A DNA stretch of 64,000 nt from Mytilus californianus (taxonomy: Eukaryota): assembly GCF_021869535.1 (NCBI RefSeq), contig NW_026262734.1:59210001-59274000 (forward strand), written 5' to 3'. Position 1 is the stretch's first letter. Every line of letters begins with the position of its first letter. Below, piece by piece: positions 14,506 through 26,409 of the stretch. The notes under the pieces were generated by a model. That model was not told the origin of the DNA. It worked only from the letters and a program-made list of their open reading frames with translations, and made no database searches. Position numbers and translations under genes: made by a program.

Positions 14506-14994
14506 GTTCGAATGATTTTGAGAACGCTTGATATTGAGTGTAAATGAAGTATCAAATCGTTTAAGCTTACAACAAAATAACAAAAACCAACATCAATTAA
14601 AGCTCTGAATCATTTTAGTTTTGGGAAATCTGAAATACTCCTAACCCGAATATTTCAGTCCCTCCCCGTAGTCGATATTTCCTACATGAGATAAAGTAAT
14701 CGTAGATCAGCGGAATATAACGACTGAATTATTCAGGAATTATATTCATGCGATATATACCTGGAGACTCCAAATGCTTAGCTGTCATATACTCCATTTT
14801 ACGCTCTTTTGATACTTCTCCGGCCCGTGGTGATAAATCTAAAGACAAGCTGTTTTAAGATTATCTTATTATATAAGACTGCCATGACACGTGTTCAAAT
14901 GTTAAAGAAACTTTTTTTGTTGCTACCATATTTATACAATAGTAGACAGGCAAAATTTGCATATACTTTCATACCTCAGAAATATACTGGTATA

Positions 14995-15945
14995 AAAAAG
15001 AAGATGTGGTATGATTGCAATGAGACAAATCTTCACAAGAGACCAAAAGACATAGAAATTAACAACTATAGGTCACCATACGGCCTTCAACACAATGAGC
15101 AAAGCTTATACCGCATAGTCAGCTATAAAAGTCCCCGAAATGACAAATGTAAAACAATTCAGACAAGAAAACGGCCTAATTTATGTACTATAGGATTAAA
15201 CACATTTTTTCTAGAGGTTATTGATGTGTAAACTGGGGCGATTAACTCACAAACTGAATAATAGTCCTAAGGACTTTTATGTAAAGTTTGTGAGTAAGCG
15301 ACCCAGTTTACACATCAAAAACCTCTAGAAAAATTTGTTTAATCCTATTAATTCTTAGCAAAACATTCGCAATTATTGATTACATTTTTTTCATTCATTG
15401 GATTCTATTTACTATCAAATGCACAATAGACATGTGTCGTAACTAAAGAGTTAGCCGCCATAGTGACTTTCTGAAATCCATAAATGTGCGATTAATGCAA
15501 TAGAATCTAAAATGAAATTTCATACATATACCAAGCTTGAATGCATACAGTTTTTTTCTATGCATAAATAAATTATGTAATTTGTTTTTCAATGTCAATT
15601 TGCTTAGTAACCCTGGATCACATGCATGTGTATAGCGCATGAATAGATCACAGTGAAAGTAGTTTCGGCAACATGGTTTATCGAAGTGTAAACTAAGGAA
15701 AAACTTCAAAAGGATCAACCTAATTCAAGTATTTGTAGATATGCAAATCATAAAAAAATTATAAAATAATGAACGAAAAACAAATGTGTAACACAGCAAC
15801 AAACGACAACCACTGAATTACAGGCTCCCATTTTGGGACAGGCACATACAGAATGCGGCGGGGTTACACATGTAGCCAGGCGCCGAGCCCTCCCCCTAAC
15901 CTGGGACAGTCGTGTACATTTGTAACAGTACAACATAAGAACAAA
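14995..15945. repeat. Abundant 'gatgtggtatgattgccaatgagacaac' interspersed repeat, split by an insertion (15189-15750)
   Basis: The 5' half ends at cggcctaatttatgtac (15188). The 3' half resumes at aatgaacgaaaaacaaat (~15765) and ends at ccctccccctaacctgggacagt. Full copy at 16978-17315. Confidence 0.85.
15190..15348. mobile_element. Small foldback/MITE with ~62-bp inverted arms
   Basis: ataggattaaacacattttttctagaggttattgatgtgtaaactgggg...ctcacaaact vs agtttgtgag...cccagtttacacatcaaaaacctctagaaaaatttgtttaatcctat. Confidence 0.85.
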
Positions 15946-16560
15946 CTATAAAAATCTGTTAAAAAGGCTTAACTCATCAGATGGATACAAATAGAAATAC
16001 ATCTAACAAAAATACAGAGTAGACGTGGCGGGTACTTATACATCCCAACAACAAAAAGACACTCAGTACAGATCCGAGAGTGCTCGCAGTTACTGACATC
16101 TATTTCAAAGCCAATAACAACTAATAAAAAAAACATGCATCAAAGACTAAATTATCAATCAGTACACATCCAACATCCAAAGGATTTAGTGTAAAGACGT
16201 CATAAACAGTCAGAGAAAAACATGACATTGTGCAATGCCAAGATACAGGTATCGACAAATTGTAGAGCCATGAATGTGCATATATGTATATAACAATATT
16301 ATTTAGTTTGCTTTTAATTTACTGATAACAAAATCAATATTTATACCAATAAAAACAATATTAAAAGATCTAATTACAGTGTTGAATTGGTAACCTTTTA
16401 GAAAAAGTTTATTTAAAGGGTCGATAAGTTTACCCGGATCGTTTCTAAATTTCCGTGCTCGGTAAACAACATTTCCGTTAAAATGAGGATGTGCTATTCC
16501 GTTTGAAATAAGTTTTCTAAGGTGCAACCAAATTTAAAAACATTGATTCAATATAAAAAG
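15946..16560 (-). mobile_element. 3' end of a Penelope-like RT retroelement (C-terminal RT-associated domain + 3' UTR)
   Basis: ORF 16303-16527 HLRKLISNGIAHPHFNGNVVYRARKFRNDPGKLIDPLNKLFLKGY..TVIRSFNIVFIGINIDFVISKL* resembles the C-terminus of abundant bivalve RT ORFs (recalled, not searched). It is 5'-truncated. Confidence 0.65.
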
Positions 16561-16946
16561 ACATTCCAATTTGAAAATCTAAATTGACTATGCACTATCA
16601 CGCATTATAACGAATAAAGTGTTTCATTAAAAAGCTTGTCATGTATGTTTAAAATATAAGGTATACATACATGTTTAACATAAAATATTGTCCCCAATGA
16701 AATATTGTCCGTCGGACAAAATTTCATAAAAAACATTTGTAAAATATTGACCGCGGACACTATTTCATAATGAAATACTGTCCAAGACAATATTTCATTA
16801 TGAAATAGACAGTAAATAATAATAGTGTCTTTGTCCATGAAATTTTGTCATCTCCTTCCGGACAATATTTAACAATGAAATTCTGTCCATGACAATATGT
16901 CACTGTGAAATTCTATTCATGACAATATTTCGTTATGAAATATTAT

Positions 16947-17434
16947 AGTGTTATTAACTGGCTGTTTCTGTATTGGATATAAAAAAGAAGATGGGGTATG
17001 ATTGCCAATGAGACAACTCTCCACAAGAGACCAAATGACACAGAAATTAACAACTATAAGTCACCGTACGGCCTTCAACAATGAGCAAAGCCCATACCGT
17101 ACAGTCAGCTATAAAAGGCCCCGAAATGACAATGGAAAACAATTCAAACGAGAAAACTAACGGCCTAATTTATGTACAAAAAATGAACGAAAAACAAATA
17201 TGTAGCACATCAACAAACGACAACCACTGAATTACAGGCTCCTGACTTGGGACAGGCACATACATACAGAATGAGGCGGGGTTAAACATGTTAGTGGGAT
17301 CCTAACCCTCCCCCTATAGCCTGTTATAGATTCGATGTTAGCTGTAATGGACCCGAGACTCGAAGAGTCGAGGGCCAATACAGCTGATCGAGAATCTATT
17401 ACAGGGCCAATATAGAAACAGCCAGTTCATAACA
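16947..17434. mobile_element. Long-hairpin foldback element with a nested repeat copy (16978-17315)
   Basis: Left gtgttattaactggctgtttctgtattgg is the inverse of right ccaatatagaaacagccagttcataacac. Internal hairpin at 17330-17404 centred on gagactcgaagagtcgag. Confidence 0.8.
16978..17315. repeat. Full-length copy of the 'gatgtggtatgattgccaatgagacaac' repeat (other copies ~3545-3712, 24125-24360, 36225-36375, 37790-38100, 42590-42775, 44735-45022, 47955-48065, 57225-57444)
   Basis: At least 9 recognisable copies in the window on both strands. Probably a non-autonomous Helentron/MITE-type element (inference). Confidence 0.9.
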
Positions 17435-18040
17435 CTTTTATTAAATGATTTTAATTCTTTCACTGAAATAAGAAACTTACCGGAAGATACAAAAATTCAT
17501 ATCTGAACTTGTCTTTTTCAGTTTTTGTAATAACGATGGATTTTTTGTCAACATTGATGTGATTCATGATTTCTCGTCCAAGTACTAGTACAAAATATCA
17601 AGCCATTACAATTCATTATATCTAGCATATATAAAGTAGCTTGGAAGAATAAATCAGACATAGTATTCATCTGTGAAATATTGTCTATATGCAGACACAA
17701 TTTCACAATAGAAATTTGTCCTTCTCTGGACACTTTTTCATAGATGAGGACAATATCTCATGAAGCATAGTCCTGAAATATTGTCTATGGGGACAATATT
17801 TCATAGGACAATATTTTGCTTTTCAAGTACAAGGCGGGATTAAAAAGTTTAACATAAATTATCAACAAGAGAAACATTTCACTTTTTTGGAGAGCCCAAT
17901 TTCATTAAGTGAAGATATACTTTATGAAAACAATTTGGTGGTGAGTTATAACACAGGTCATCTATTTGATTATTATTTTTTTTAATCTTTCAGTTAATGA
18001 GAATAATATGAAGACTTTAAATATTCGATTTCACTTGTAG

Positions 18041-18630
18041 ATAATGACGAGCTCCGTCTAGTTCTGTTTGGAACTAAACAAAGTGGTAAAAGCTCGACAG
18101 GAGACATGATATTAGGAGAAGCTAAATTTCCATCGCAATGATTAATAAAAAGCAACACATCGACAAATATTCTTCATAGAACAATTAGGTGTGGGAAAAC
18201 AATTTAAATCGTAGAAACTCCTGGATTTAGAATCGGTGAATTGGCGAGGGAAGAAGTCAAGGTAAACGTTGTGAAAAATATCAACTCAGCAACCCAACAA
18301 CTCGGAGAGGAACCTCATGCATATCTGTATATTATTTCATCAAAAGCATATTTAGATCAAGAGTCGAAAGTGATCGATCTCATATATAGAAGATTGCGAA
18401 AATTAATAGATAAAATAATTATAGTCTTTACTAGGTTTGATTTTCTGCAACTCAAGGGTTATCGCGCTTTACGTATCTTGAAAGTCTGCCAGACAAATTT
18501 AAGACTTTTGTTGCGGACTGTAATGGTGAAAGCAGCATAATATTGTTTGATAATAGCAGACCTTTTAATGAAGCTTTGGCACATACGTAAGTATCAAAAC
18601 TGATCAAAATCGTCGAGACGCTAAATTAAT
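18041..18630 (+). pseudogene. GIMAP/AIG1-family GTPase pseudogene (main GTPase exon)
   Basis: Acceptor ttcacttgtag| then DNDELRLVLFGTKQSGKSSTGDMILG (G1), I*IVETPG (G3), PHAYLYII, IIIVFTRFD (G4). After a frameshift: YLESLPDKFKTFVADCNG..ILFDNS..T*VSKLIKIVETLN*. Three in-frame stops plus one frameshift. Confidence 0.9.
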
Positions 18631-20652
18631 GTATGTGTGATATACAAATTAAAATAATGAAAACTGAAACAGTTTTACTTAACTGTATTACTAATATTTT
18701 GTTTTGTTTCTGTCATATTGAAATAATAATAAATTGCAACATACTGCTCAACGAAGCGTCTTTTGTCTACTCCTTGATAGAGAACATCATCAGGTTCACC
18801 TCACGAATTACAGACAAATAGATATAAGAAGATGTGGTATGAGTGCCAATGAGACAACCATTTTCCATCCAAGTCAAAATTTATAAAAGTAAACCAGCCT
18901 ATTTTAACGTGGGATTTGTCAATTGGGGTTTGCATTAAACTTTTAAAATAAAGTAATTAATGTCAAAAAGAACAAACATATTTTTTGTTTTCTAATAAAC
19001 TCATTCATCATCAGGTTCACGTTCTCTGAATCTCTCTGCTTGAAGGCAAATCACACTTAAGCGTAGCGAATAAAACTTTGAAAAAAGTTTGTAATATTTG
19101 CATTAGGAAGGCTAAACACAAAAAATTGTGTTGATGGACGAAATACAAAAAATACACCCAAAATAAGTATCCGTTTTCAGGTCCACATTCCTATGAAAAC
19201 CGGTTGGACATTGTTTTACAAGGATTTTTGTTTGTTTGTAATTCTATGCAACCCTAGTGAACTTGTAGCGAAAAAACAACCTGGTCTCTTACAATGGAAT
19301 ATGTGGGCATTCAAAACAAATTGTACCTTTTGAGCGGATAATTTGTTATGTATTTACCGTGCTTCTTGTCACCTTCTCTCCCATTTGTTTGGATAAAAAG
19401 AAGATGTTGGATATATACTTCTATGTGTCAGCCTGCTAGTAAACATTTAACACATGTATACTGCGAATGCCTTTCTTTCAGAAGAATACAAATATGCAGC
19501 TGCTAACATAATTTATTCATTAATTGTCTTTCGTTTATGTATGTGATCTTTGTTTCCGTTAACATGGTTAATTTTTTCTGCAAAACTCAGATCGTTGTTT
19601 TCTCGTTTGAATCTTATAATAATTTGCATTGTATGGGCGCTTTGTAGCCTACTAAACATTCTAAATGGATATCTCATTGATAATGGCCGTACGGTGGCCT
19701 ATAGCTATACATAGTTCCTAAAATCCACGTCTTTAGTTCAATATTGAAATTCTTCAATTGCTCCTGAAGCAAGAATGAATTAACAAAATTCGAAATAAAG
19801 ATTTAGTTGTTGTATGATGGGAGAGATCTTTGCCTTATAACTTATAATTAATTAAAAGTGTAACAAAAAAAAAGATAAAAAAGAAAAATGCACAGAATAA
19901 CAAACAAAATAGATAAAGGTGTGAATATAATGATAACAATAGAAATTTGTTCGAAGAAACTAAAAAATACAGCAAAGTGTCTTAAAAACAATTAAGTCAA
20001 TACAAAAATACCACCACACACAAATATCCAACCCTCGTACATATGTAATTTTTTGCCTCAACTTTCCACCAAGTACCAATAAAGTGATAAAAATACGAAG
20101 TTATTTAGTTGACCGTTTCTGCTATCCACAAGTTAATAATAGATATAAGTTTGTACAACAATTTATCACGTGATTATAATGCTATTATAATTATCAAATA
20201 TAGTAATACATTATAAAATAGTATTATCTTAGTTAACCGTGTAGGTAAAACATTTATGCAATATTGATGTGGTCATGTAGTATTTAAATCGGAACAAATA
20301 ATGTTATTAAATCAATGTAAATGAACTCTGATGAGCACAACTTCATGCATGACCTACATTTTATTATCAACAAATGAATTATGTGTATGGAATACACGTC
20401 CTACCATAATTATCGATTCTCAAAACATGGTTTTTTACTAATACTCGGATCGAAACAGGATAGAAATGCTTAAAATATTGGAATACGGAATATGTACTCA
20501 TGTGTCAATAACAATAGAAACCATCTGTTGACCAGTTCTTGGAAAATGGAATGTTATAAAGTTACCATTTTAGTCACCCAAATCATTCGGCAAATATAAA
20601 AGAAGGCTTTTGGGTTTGGCTAACACGGTATATAATATCAGCAACAACAAAA

Positions 20653-20740
20653 ATGAGAATGAATGTATTATTCTTTGCTATTTCAGTTGCTAATTTCCCA
20701 CCAGGAATATTTGTTGAGAAAGTTCACGTCGCAGAGAAAA
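20653..20740 (+). CDS. C1q-domain protein exon 1 (putative signal peptide)
   Basis: aaaATG context; MRMNVLFFAISVANFPPGIFVEKVHVAEK; phase-1 donor |gtaagt joins in frame to the downstream exons. Confidence 0.75.
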
Positions 20741-21616
20741 GTAAGTAGACTTTTATATTTTTTTTAAAGGAAATATATTAGCGTTCTGATGTAATTGAAA
20801 ATCTGGCAATAACGGATCCGGACGCTAACCTCAATTTTTCTTTTAATAATATCATATACGTCTTTTCGAATGTGCTAATGACGAAAATGGGGTAAGATTC
20901 TAACGACCTTTTATTTAGGAAATTTTTTTTCATCAGGAGAAACAGTTTTTATCTTTATAACACTTTGATAACAAACTCAGCCCATTGCATTTAATAACAA
21001 AAATTTTTTTTTTTCATGCAATTAATGTTGTTTTTTTTTTCTAATTTTAAGAAAATTATCAGTTTTCAAAAGAAACAAAAGGATGAATATCAATTCCCTT
21101 TTGAAAAAAAAAATCTTTAAAAATTTAAGAATCAACAATTTTTGTCTTAACCAAAACAAAATGAGAGACGGAGAGATTACTATAATTGAATTTAGATAAG
21201 AATAATTTATTTTAATTTATGAATTTTCAATAATTCCATTTTTTAAACACTGTATTATCAACACCGTTTAGCTTCTTTTACAGGAACATTTTACGGAAAC
21301 ATAATGACAAGTTATTGATACAGCCAAAAAAAAAAATATTTCGTTAGCAATTTAGCACAAAAAATGTTCTGTTTAAATTTAGATATGTTACACACACTTT
21401 GGAAATACTGAACATTTGAATTAAATTAGCAGAGGGTCCTTGTCAGGAAAATGTTTACAAATTCCGAAGATAATTGTTAGGAATCCAATTTGGTAAACAA
21501 ATCAACGTTTACAAGAAAAGTAAAGGCTAATTTTTAATTGGTAAATTATTTTGACTAGGATACAGGCACGAATAAGACTACATACATAAAGTCATTGTAT
21601 ATTGATTAATTTGCAG

Positions 21617-21691
21617 GTGTCTGTTTTCATGGAAGTGCTGCTGATTGGGTCAAACATAACTCTGAAAATGGCGCGGATACAAGTAGTTCTG
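21617..21691 (+). CDS. C1q-domain protein exon 2 (linker)
   Basis: aatttgcag| ... |gtaagc; 75 nt, phase 1-1, open: SVCFHGSAADWVKHNSENGADTSSS. Confidence 0.7.
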
Positions 21692-23345
21692 GTAAGCTTT
21701 TGATTTATGCAAATGTGTTACCATTTCGGTAAGTGTCATTGACGTGAACTGAGAACAAGAATTAAAGGATTTTAAATACACACTGTTCAAGCTTTCGTGT
21801 ATATTTTTCAAACCATTGCACATTAGTGTATTCAAACACGATATACATTTTCACGTTAGGGTGCTTTAATTTGATTTTACGTTTATGTTTCATCATTAAT
21901 ATTTTGCATTCTTCAACATTATTATCCATCGATCTGAATTTTAAGTAATAAATGAGGCTCATTGCTTTGTCTTGATACAGCAACTTTAAACTATTTACAA
22001 GGTTAAGTTCAAAGGAAAGTTCATCCCTCGTGCATAACTCTGATTCCCTGTCTGCTTTTGTATTTACTTTTTGTCCTATTTTGTCCTATTTTGGTTTTCA
22101 ACTTTTGTATTAGTTTTCAAATATTTTCTGTTTGCTTTTTTTTTTGTATGATCCACCACTCTTGTATTATTGGTTTATTCATTATCTTTATAAACCGTTC
22201 AAAATCAGAATGTATACTTTTATACTTCTGTCCTTTACACAATTTCGTTGTATTTTTCAATGCAATTATAGGTCATATTTTTTTTTATTAATTGTACCAT
22301 CATGTTTCATCAGGTTATTCTTTACCGTACATATACGACCACGAGGGGGGGGGGGGGGGGGGGGGGGTGAGGGGTGTGACACTGTCACTTCCTATTATTG
22401 GGTGTACGGGGATGTGCCAAAAATATGGGTCATAATTTGGCAAGATTTTATATAAAAATGACCCACCTTTTTAAAACATCCTATATTAAAATGCATTTAC
22501 GTTTGATAACTGTATATTATATTGGGGTATACATGATATATAAATCATATATAAATATGCTAGTCGGAATCTTACATTATTAATGGTCAACTACTATATT
22601 AAATTAAATCAATTCAAATGAAAGTTCAACTTTCAAATAAGTTTCCAAATGAACCCCTGAATTTGTCTCCTGATTTGTATATAAGTATAGGTCATTCTTT
22701 CTTAAATATTTATATAACTGAAGGTACTGAATTTTTGTGAATGTTATATTAAAAAGGGTACTTTTTTTAAGGCAAAAATTGCTCATTCGTACCAAAAATG
22801 TTTTGAAGTAACCTCCCGTATATATGACACGTTGTTATATCTTTGAAATATCACGAAAATACATATAAAATGTTCCTTTTTCTAAGCAAGTATAATATTA
22901 AACTACCTTTTTATATATTAATACTAGAATATACCGCGACATCGCCTTCTTTTTAGCCTGGATATTAAGTATTCGTATTGTCATTTGATAATGTCATGCT
23001 TATTACATGTATAAGATGCACAGTTTTCTCTGCTTTCGAAATCATTATGTTGGAACCCGTCCTGGTTTTCACACTGCAATATAGTAGTGGTACTCCAGAT
23101 AGTGGAGGGACGAATAAAGAACTACATGTGACATATACTATAATTGGTATCGGTATCGGATCTGACCCGGAACTTGTTAATTATTGGTAATATTAATTAT
23201 TTTGAAAACAAAAGGACATGGAATGGTTTAATTTTTAATAAACACCATTGTCTTATATTATTTACATATAAAGTTAATTGTTTCCTGTATGCGATTGTAT
23301 AATAAATTGCATGAACAATAACTCAAGTACATGTTGTCTATACAG

Positions 23346-23749
23346 GAAAGTCAAAACCAGCATTTTCTGCCTTGACTGCCAGAGATACTAGCTTCGAAGC
23401 CGGACAGATATATAAGTTTACTTCAATTAAATTAAATGTTCGAAGCATGTATAATCCCATCGACGGTAAAGCAACGATACCTTCCAATGGTAACTACGCA
23501 ATCTCATGGCATATCCTATCTAATGGAGGATATGCTGTTTATCCATATCTGAAGGTAAATAATAAATACCAAGGCTACACTGCGTGTGATGCTAGAGGAT
23601 CCAATGGAGTACGAATGTCATGTGGAAATTTGGTGGTTCTTCCATTAAAGAAAGGAGATAAGATTTGGATAGAGGAGTCGACGTCAAATACAAGTGGCCG
23701 TAAAAATGTGCAAGGTGGATTTTCGTCCTTTTCTGCATGGAAAATATGA
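23346..23749 (+). CDS. C1q-domain protein exon 3 (globular C1q domain, stop)
   Basis: ctatacag| GKSKPAFSAL...YKFTSIKLNVRSMYNPIDGKATIPSNGNYAISW...LKVN...GNLVVLPLKKGDKIWI...GGFSSFSAWKI*: the typical gC1q pattern. Spliced CDS is 567 nt, 188 aa. Confidence 0.93.
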
Positions 23750-23755
23750 AATAAA
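23750..23755 (+). promoter_or_regulatory. Candidate polyadenylation signal AATAAA of the C1q gene
   Basis: AATAAA immediately after TGA; a second copy at ~23829. Confidence 0.45.
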
Positions 23756-26239
23756 ATCTAAAATGCTTCTTATTATTTGTTTATTTTTTCTTAATTGGTT
23801 TAAACAGATTTACAAATCAGCTTAACACAATAAACCTATTATTAAGATAAAAATGAAATGAGCTTCATTTCACTTGGATATATTTAACTCAGGTTAACAT
23901 GATTAATCGTACTGTTTTCTTAATCGAATCAAACAAATGTGTTTATTCTGAATGTTCAATATGAAGATCGTTTGAAGATATTTCCTTCTGACGTAGCAAG
24001 TATATATAAACATTGGTTTTGGAATGAATTTAAGCAAAACTATAGTACATTTGTCACTCCCTCTTTATCGATCATCCGGATTATTGTTATGTGGTTTTCA
24101 AAATGTTAAGAATTACTGATATATAAATAGGAAGATGTGGCATGAGTGCCAATGAGACAACTCTCCATCCAAGTCACAATGCATATATGTATACAAAGTT
24201 AACAATTATACGTCAAAGTACGGCCTTCAACATGGAGCCTTGGCTTACACCGATCAGCAAGCTATAAAGGGCCTTAAATTGACTAGTATAAAAAAATTCA
24301 AACAGGAAAATCAACGGTCTAATCTATATGAAAAACGAGAAACGAAAAACGAGAAACACCTATGATATGCTTTTATTGTAAGCCGATTTATTATTTTGGA
24401 CTAATTTCCAATATTGTTATATATGGATATAAAAGACAAGAGAAATGTACGTAAACATTTAATGAGAAGGAAACATTTTCAATAAGTGTCAATAAAATGC
24501 AACAAATGACATTTAGAGGCAAAATCCAGAAATTGAATACAGAGATGAGACTATAATTAATGTCGAGGTCTTAATAGTCCCATGTTTAAAAATGTTGTTA
24601 ATAAACTAACACATGTAACAGAAGAATCAAAGTCCGATCGTTAACACCTAATTCGAAAAATAACATTTTGATATTACATACAGCATTCCTTAAATGTACA
24701 ATTGTATCAGTGTTTTACGTACATGGTGAACTTACCTTTCCAATAGAACTTTGTTCATTCAAAGTTTCATGTCAAATAAAAGGGATAATACAATTTTATT
24801 ACAAAAGTGTAATCAATGATCATGTTGACCCATATTTCAGTTCTTCTCAAAAGGTGAATTTTAAAAACTACCAAATAAAAATTTAGCATGAAAATATTAA
24901 AATAATGAAATCCGAAGCGAGAAGTTTATCTCTTTTTTTGTTTTTATAAGTTTTAACGTTTAAAAAGTAGATTCCAACACACCCGAATGTAAAAGGTGTA
25001 CGCGACTAACTTTAAAAAAAATTTTCTATAATTTCATTCAAGATAATTTGACAGAAATTTATATCATTAATACATTTATCAAATAGTATTTTTTTAGCCT
25101 TCAACTATAGTAATGCATGGGACGAGGTTTTTGGTCCATGTACACCTAAACGTGCACTCGCAAATACATGGGTAGAAGGCATACTCCCCCCTTTCGATCG
25201 CCAAATAATTTTGAAAATCTCACGTTTTCCAAGTTATCTATACAAATGTTTAGTATATAATCGTCTAATTTTTTTCTCTCGTTGCTCCGCTCGGCAGTAT
25301 AAATGCAATTATCGGGAACTATGCCCTCTTTCAAATATCTTGGATCCGGCCATAATCACAAATTGTATGGCACCAAAAAGAAATTAAACGATTGTCGTTT
25401 GACTTCACCATGTCATCATGACGTCATAAATATTTTAGAACTGACAAAAGGGTCAACACATGTTAATGTATATATCTCTTCTGTTAAATTTGTTTTCACG
25501 TAATATTCTTATTAACATTAATAACAATAATTTTGAGGGCCCGAAAAGAAACATTCAAAATAAAATTCAATTTACTATGCGTTTATATCATACGGTAGAG
25601 AACTATGTCCAATTAATCTAGAAGTTTGTTATTAAAAAACTTTGTAATTTTCGAATTCAAAGGAGGTAATATTACCTGAGTTAACTTTTGAATTATCTCA
25701 ATCCAAATGAAATATAAAATCTCAATAGTTTTCATATAAAACAAATTACGTACTTAAACATATAAATCAAGTTAGTAAATGCAAGCTAATTCGATTATAC
25801 AGTGAAAATATGAACTAGGCATAATAGAAACAACTGAACCTGCGTAACAAATAGTTACTAAAGATTACTTTATTTTCATGTTAATCAACCTTTAAGATTT
25901 GTGACAAAATAATCAAAACATACATGTAGTATAACAAACATAAAATGTATAAATAATAAAAATAAAGCATGACTTTTTGTATAATTACACAAAATAGTTC
26001 AGTTTATAATTCAATTGCGTACCCGCAACTATTAGTACTAATGACTATTTAATAAAGAAAATCATCGTTTCTATTTTTTTGTATTGATGCCAGTTCTATG
26101 GTTTTAAATATGAAACAGAAAAACAATCAAACACATTAAAAACACTTCAGATAACTTTGATTGTTTCGAAAACTTTTCAAAACAAGTGAGGGAGATAATA
26201 TTGAATGATATAAACGAATAACGTATTGTCCTGAAATTG

Positions 26240-26409
26240 CTACAACTTTGATTCATATCTAGTCGTCTCTACACAGCCAGTATCAAGACTGCCGGGGTTA
26301 ACGATAGATTTTAGCTGCAATTTGTTGTACTGCATTCTTTCTTTGTAAATCTGTTCAAATTCAGCATTTTGTTGCAATGTAAAATAAGATTTCCAGTCGT
26401 CTTCTGTAC
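26240..26409 (-). CDS. Sulfotransferase A exon 5 (last; ends -SKL)
   Basis: ttttatatag| (G)TEDDWKSYFTLQQNAEFEQIYKERMQYNKLQLKSIVNPGSLDTGCVETTRYESKL*; 170 nt. Confidence 0.93.

Larger units (their letters stand above)
16680..17820. repeat. Array of inverted gaaatattgtcc / ggacaatatttc motifs (subterminal-repeat-like), interrupted by nested insertions at 16947-17434
   Basis: About 15-20 degenerate copies in both orientations at 16680-16935 and 17660-17820. Confidence 0.75.

Noticed and set aside
14809-15231. 140-aa ORF, and similar ORFs at 15748, 34673, 37924, 44915, 47899, 49269, 54140, 57161, 61903
   Set aside because: They lie across high-copy non-coding repeats; chance open frames.
18785-19020. 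15-bp direct repeat catcatcaggttcac flanking ~205 bp
   Set aside because: It could be a TSD, but the enclosed sequence is a mosaic with no poly-A or TIR; insufficient support.
22132-22455. 107-aa ORF with poly-Gly
   Set aside because: The poly-Gly is a G homopolymer in C1q intron 2; low-complexity AT-rich frame.
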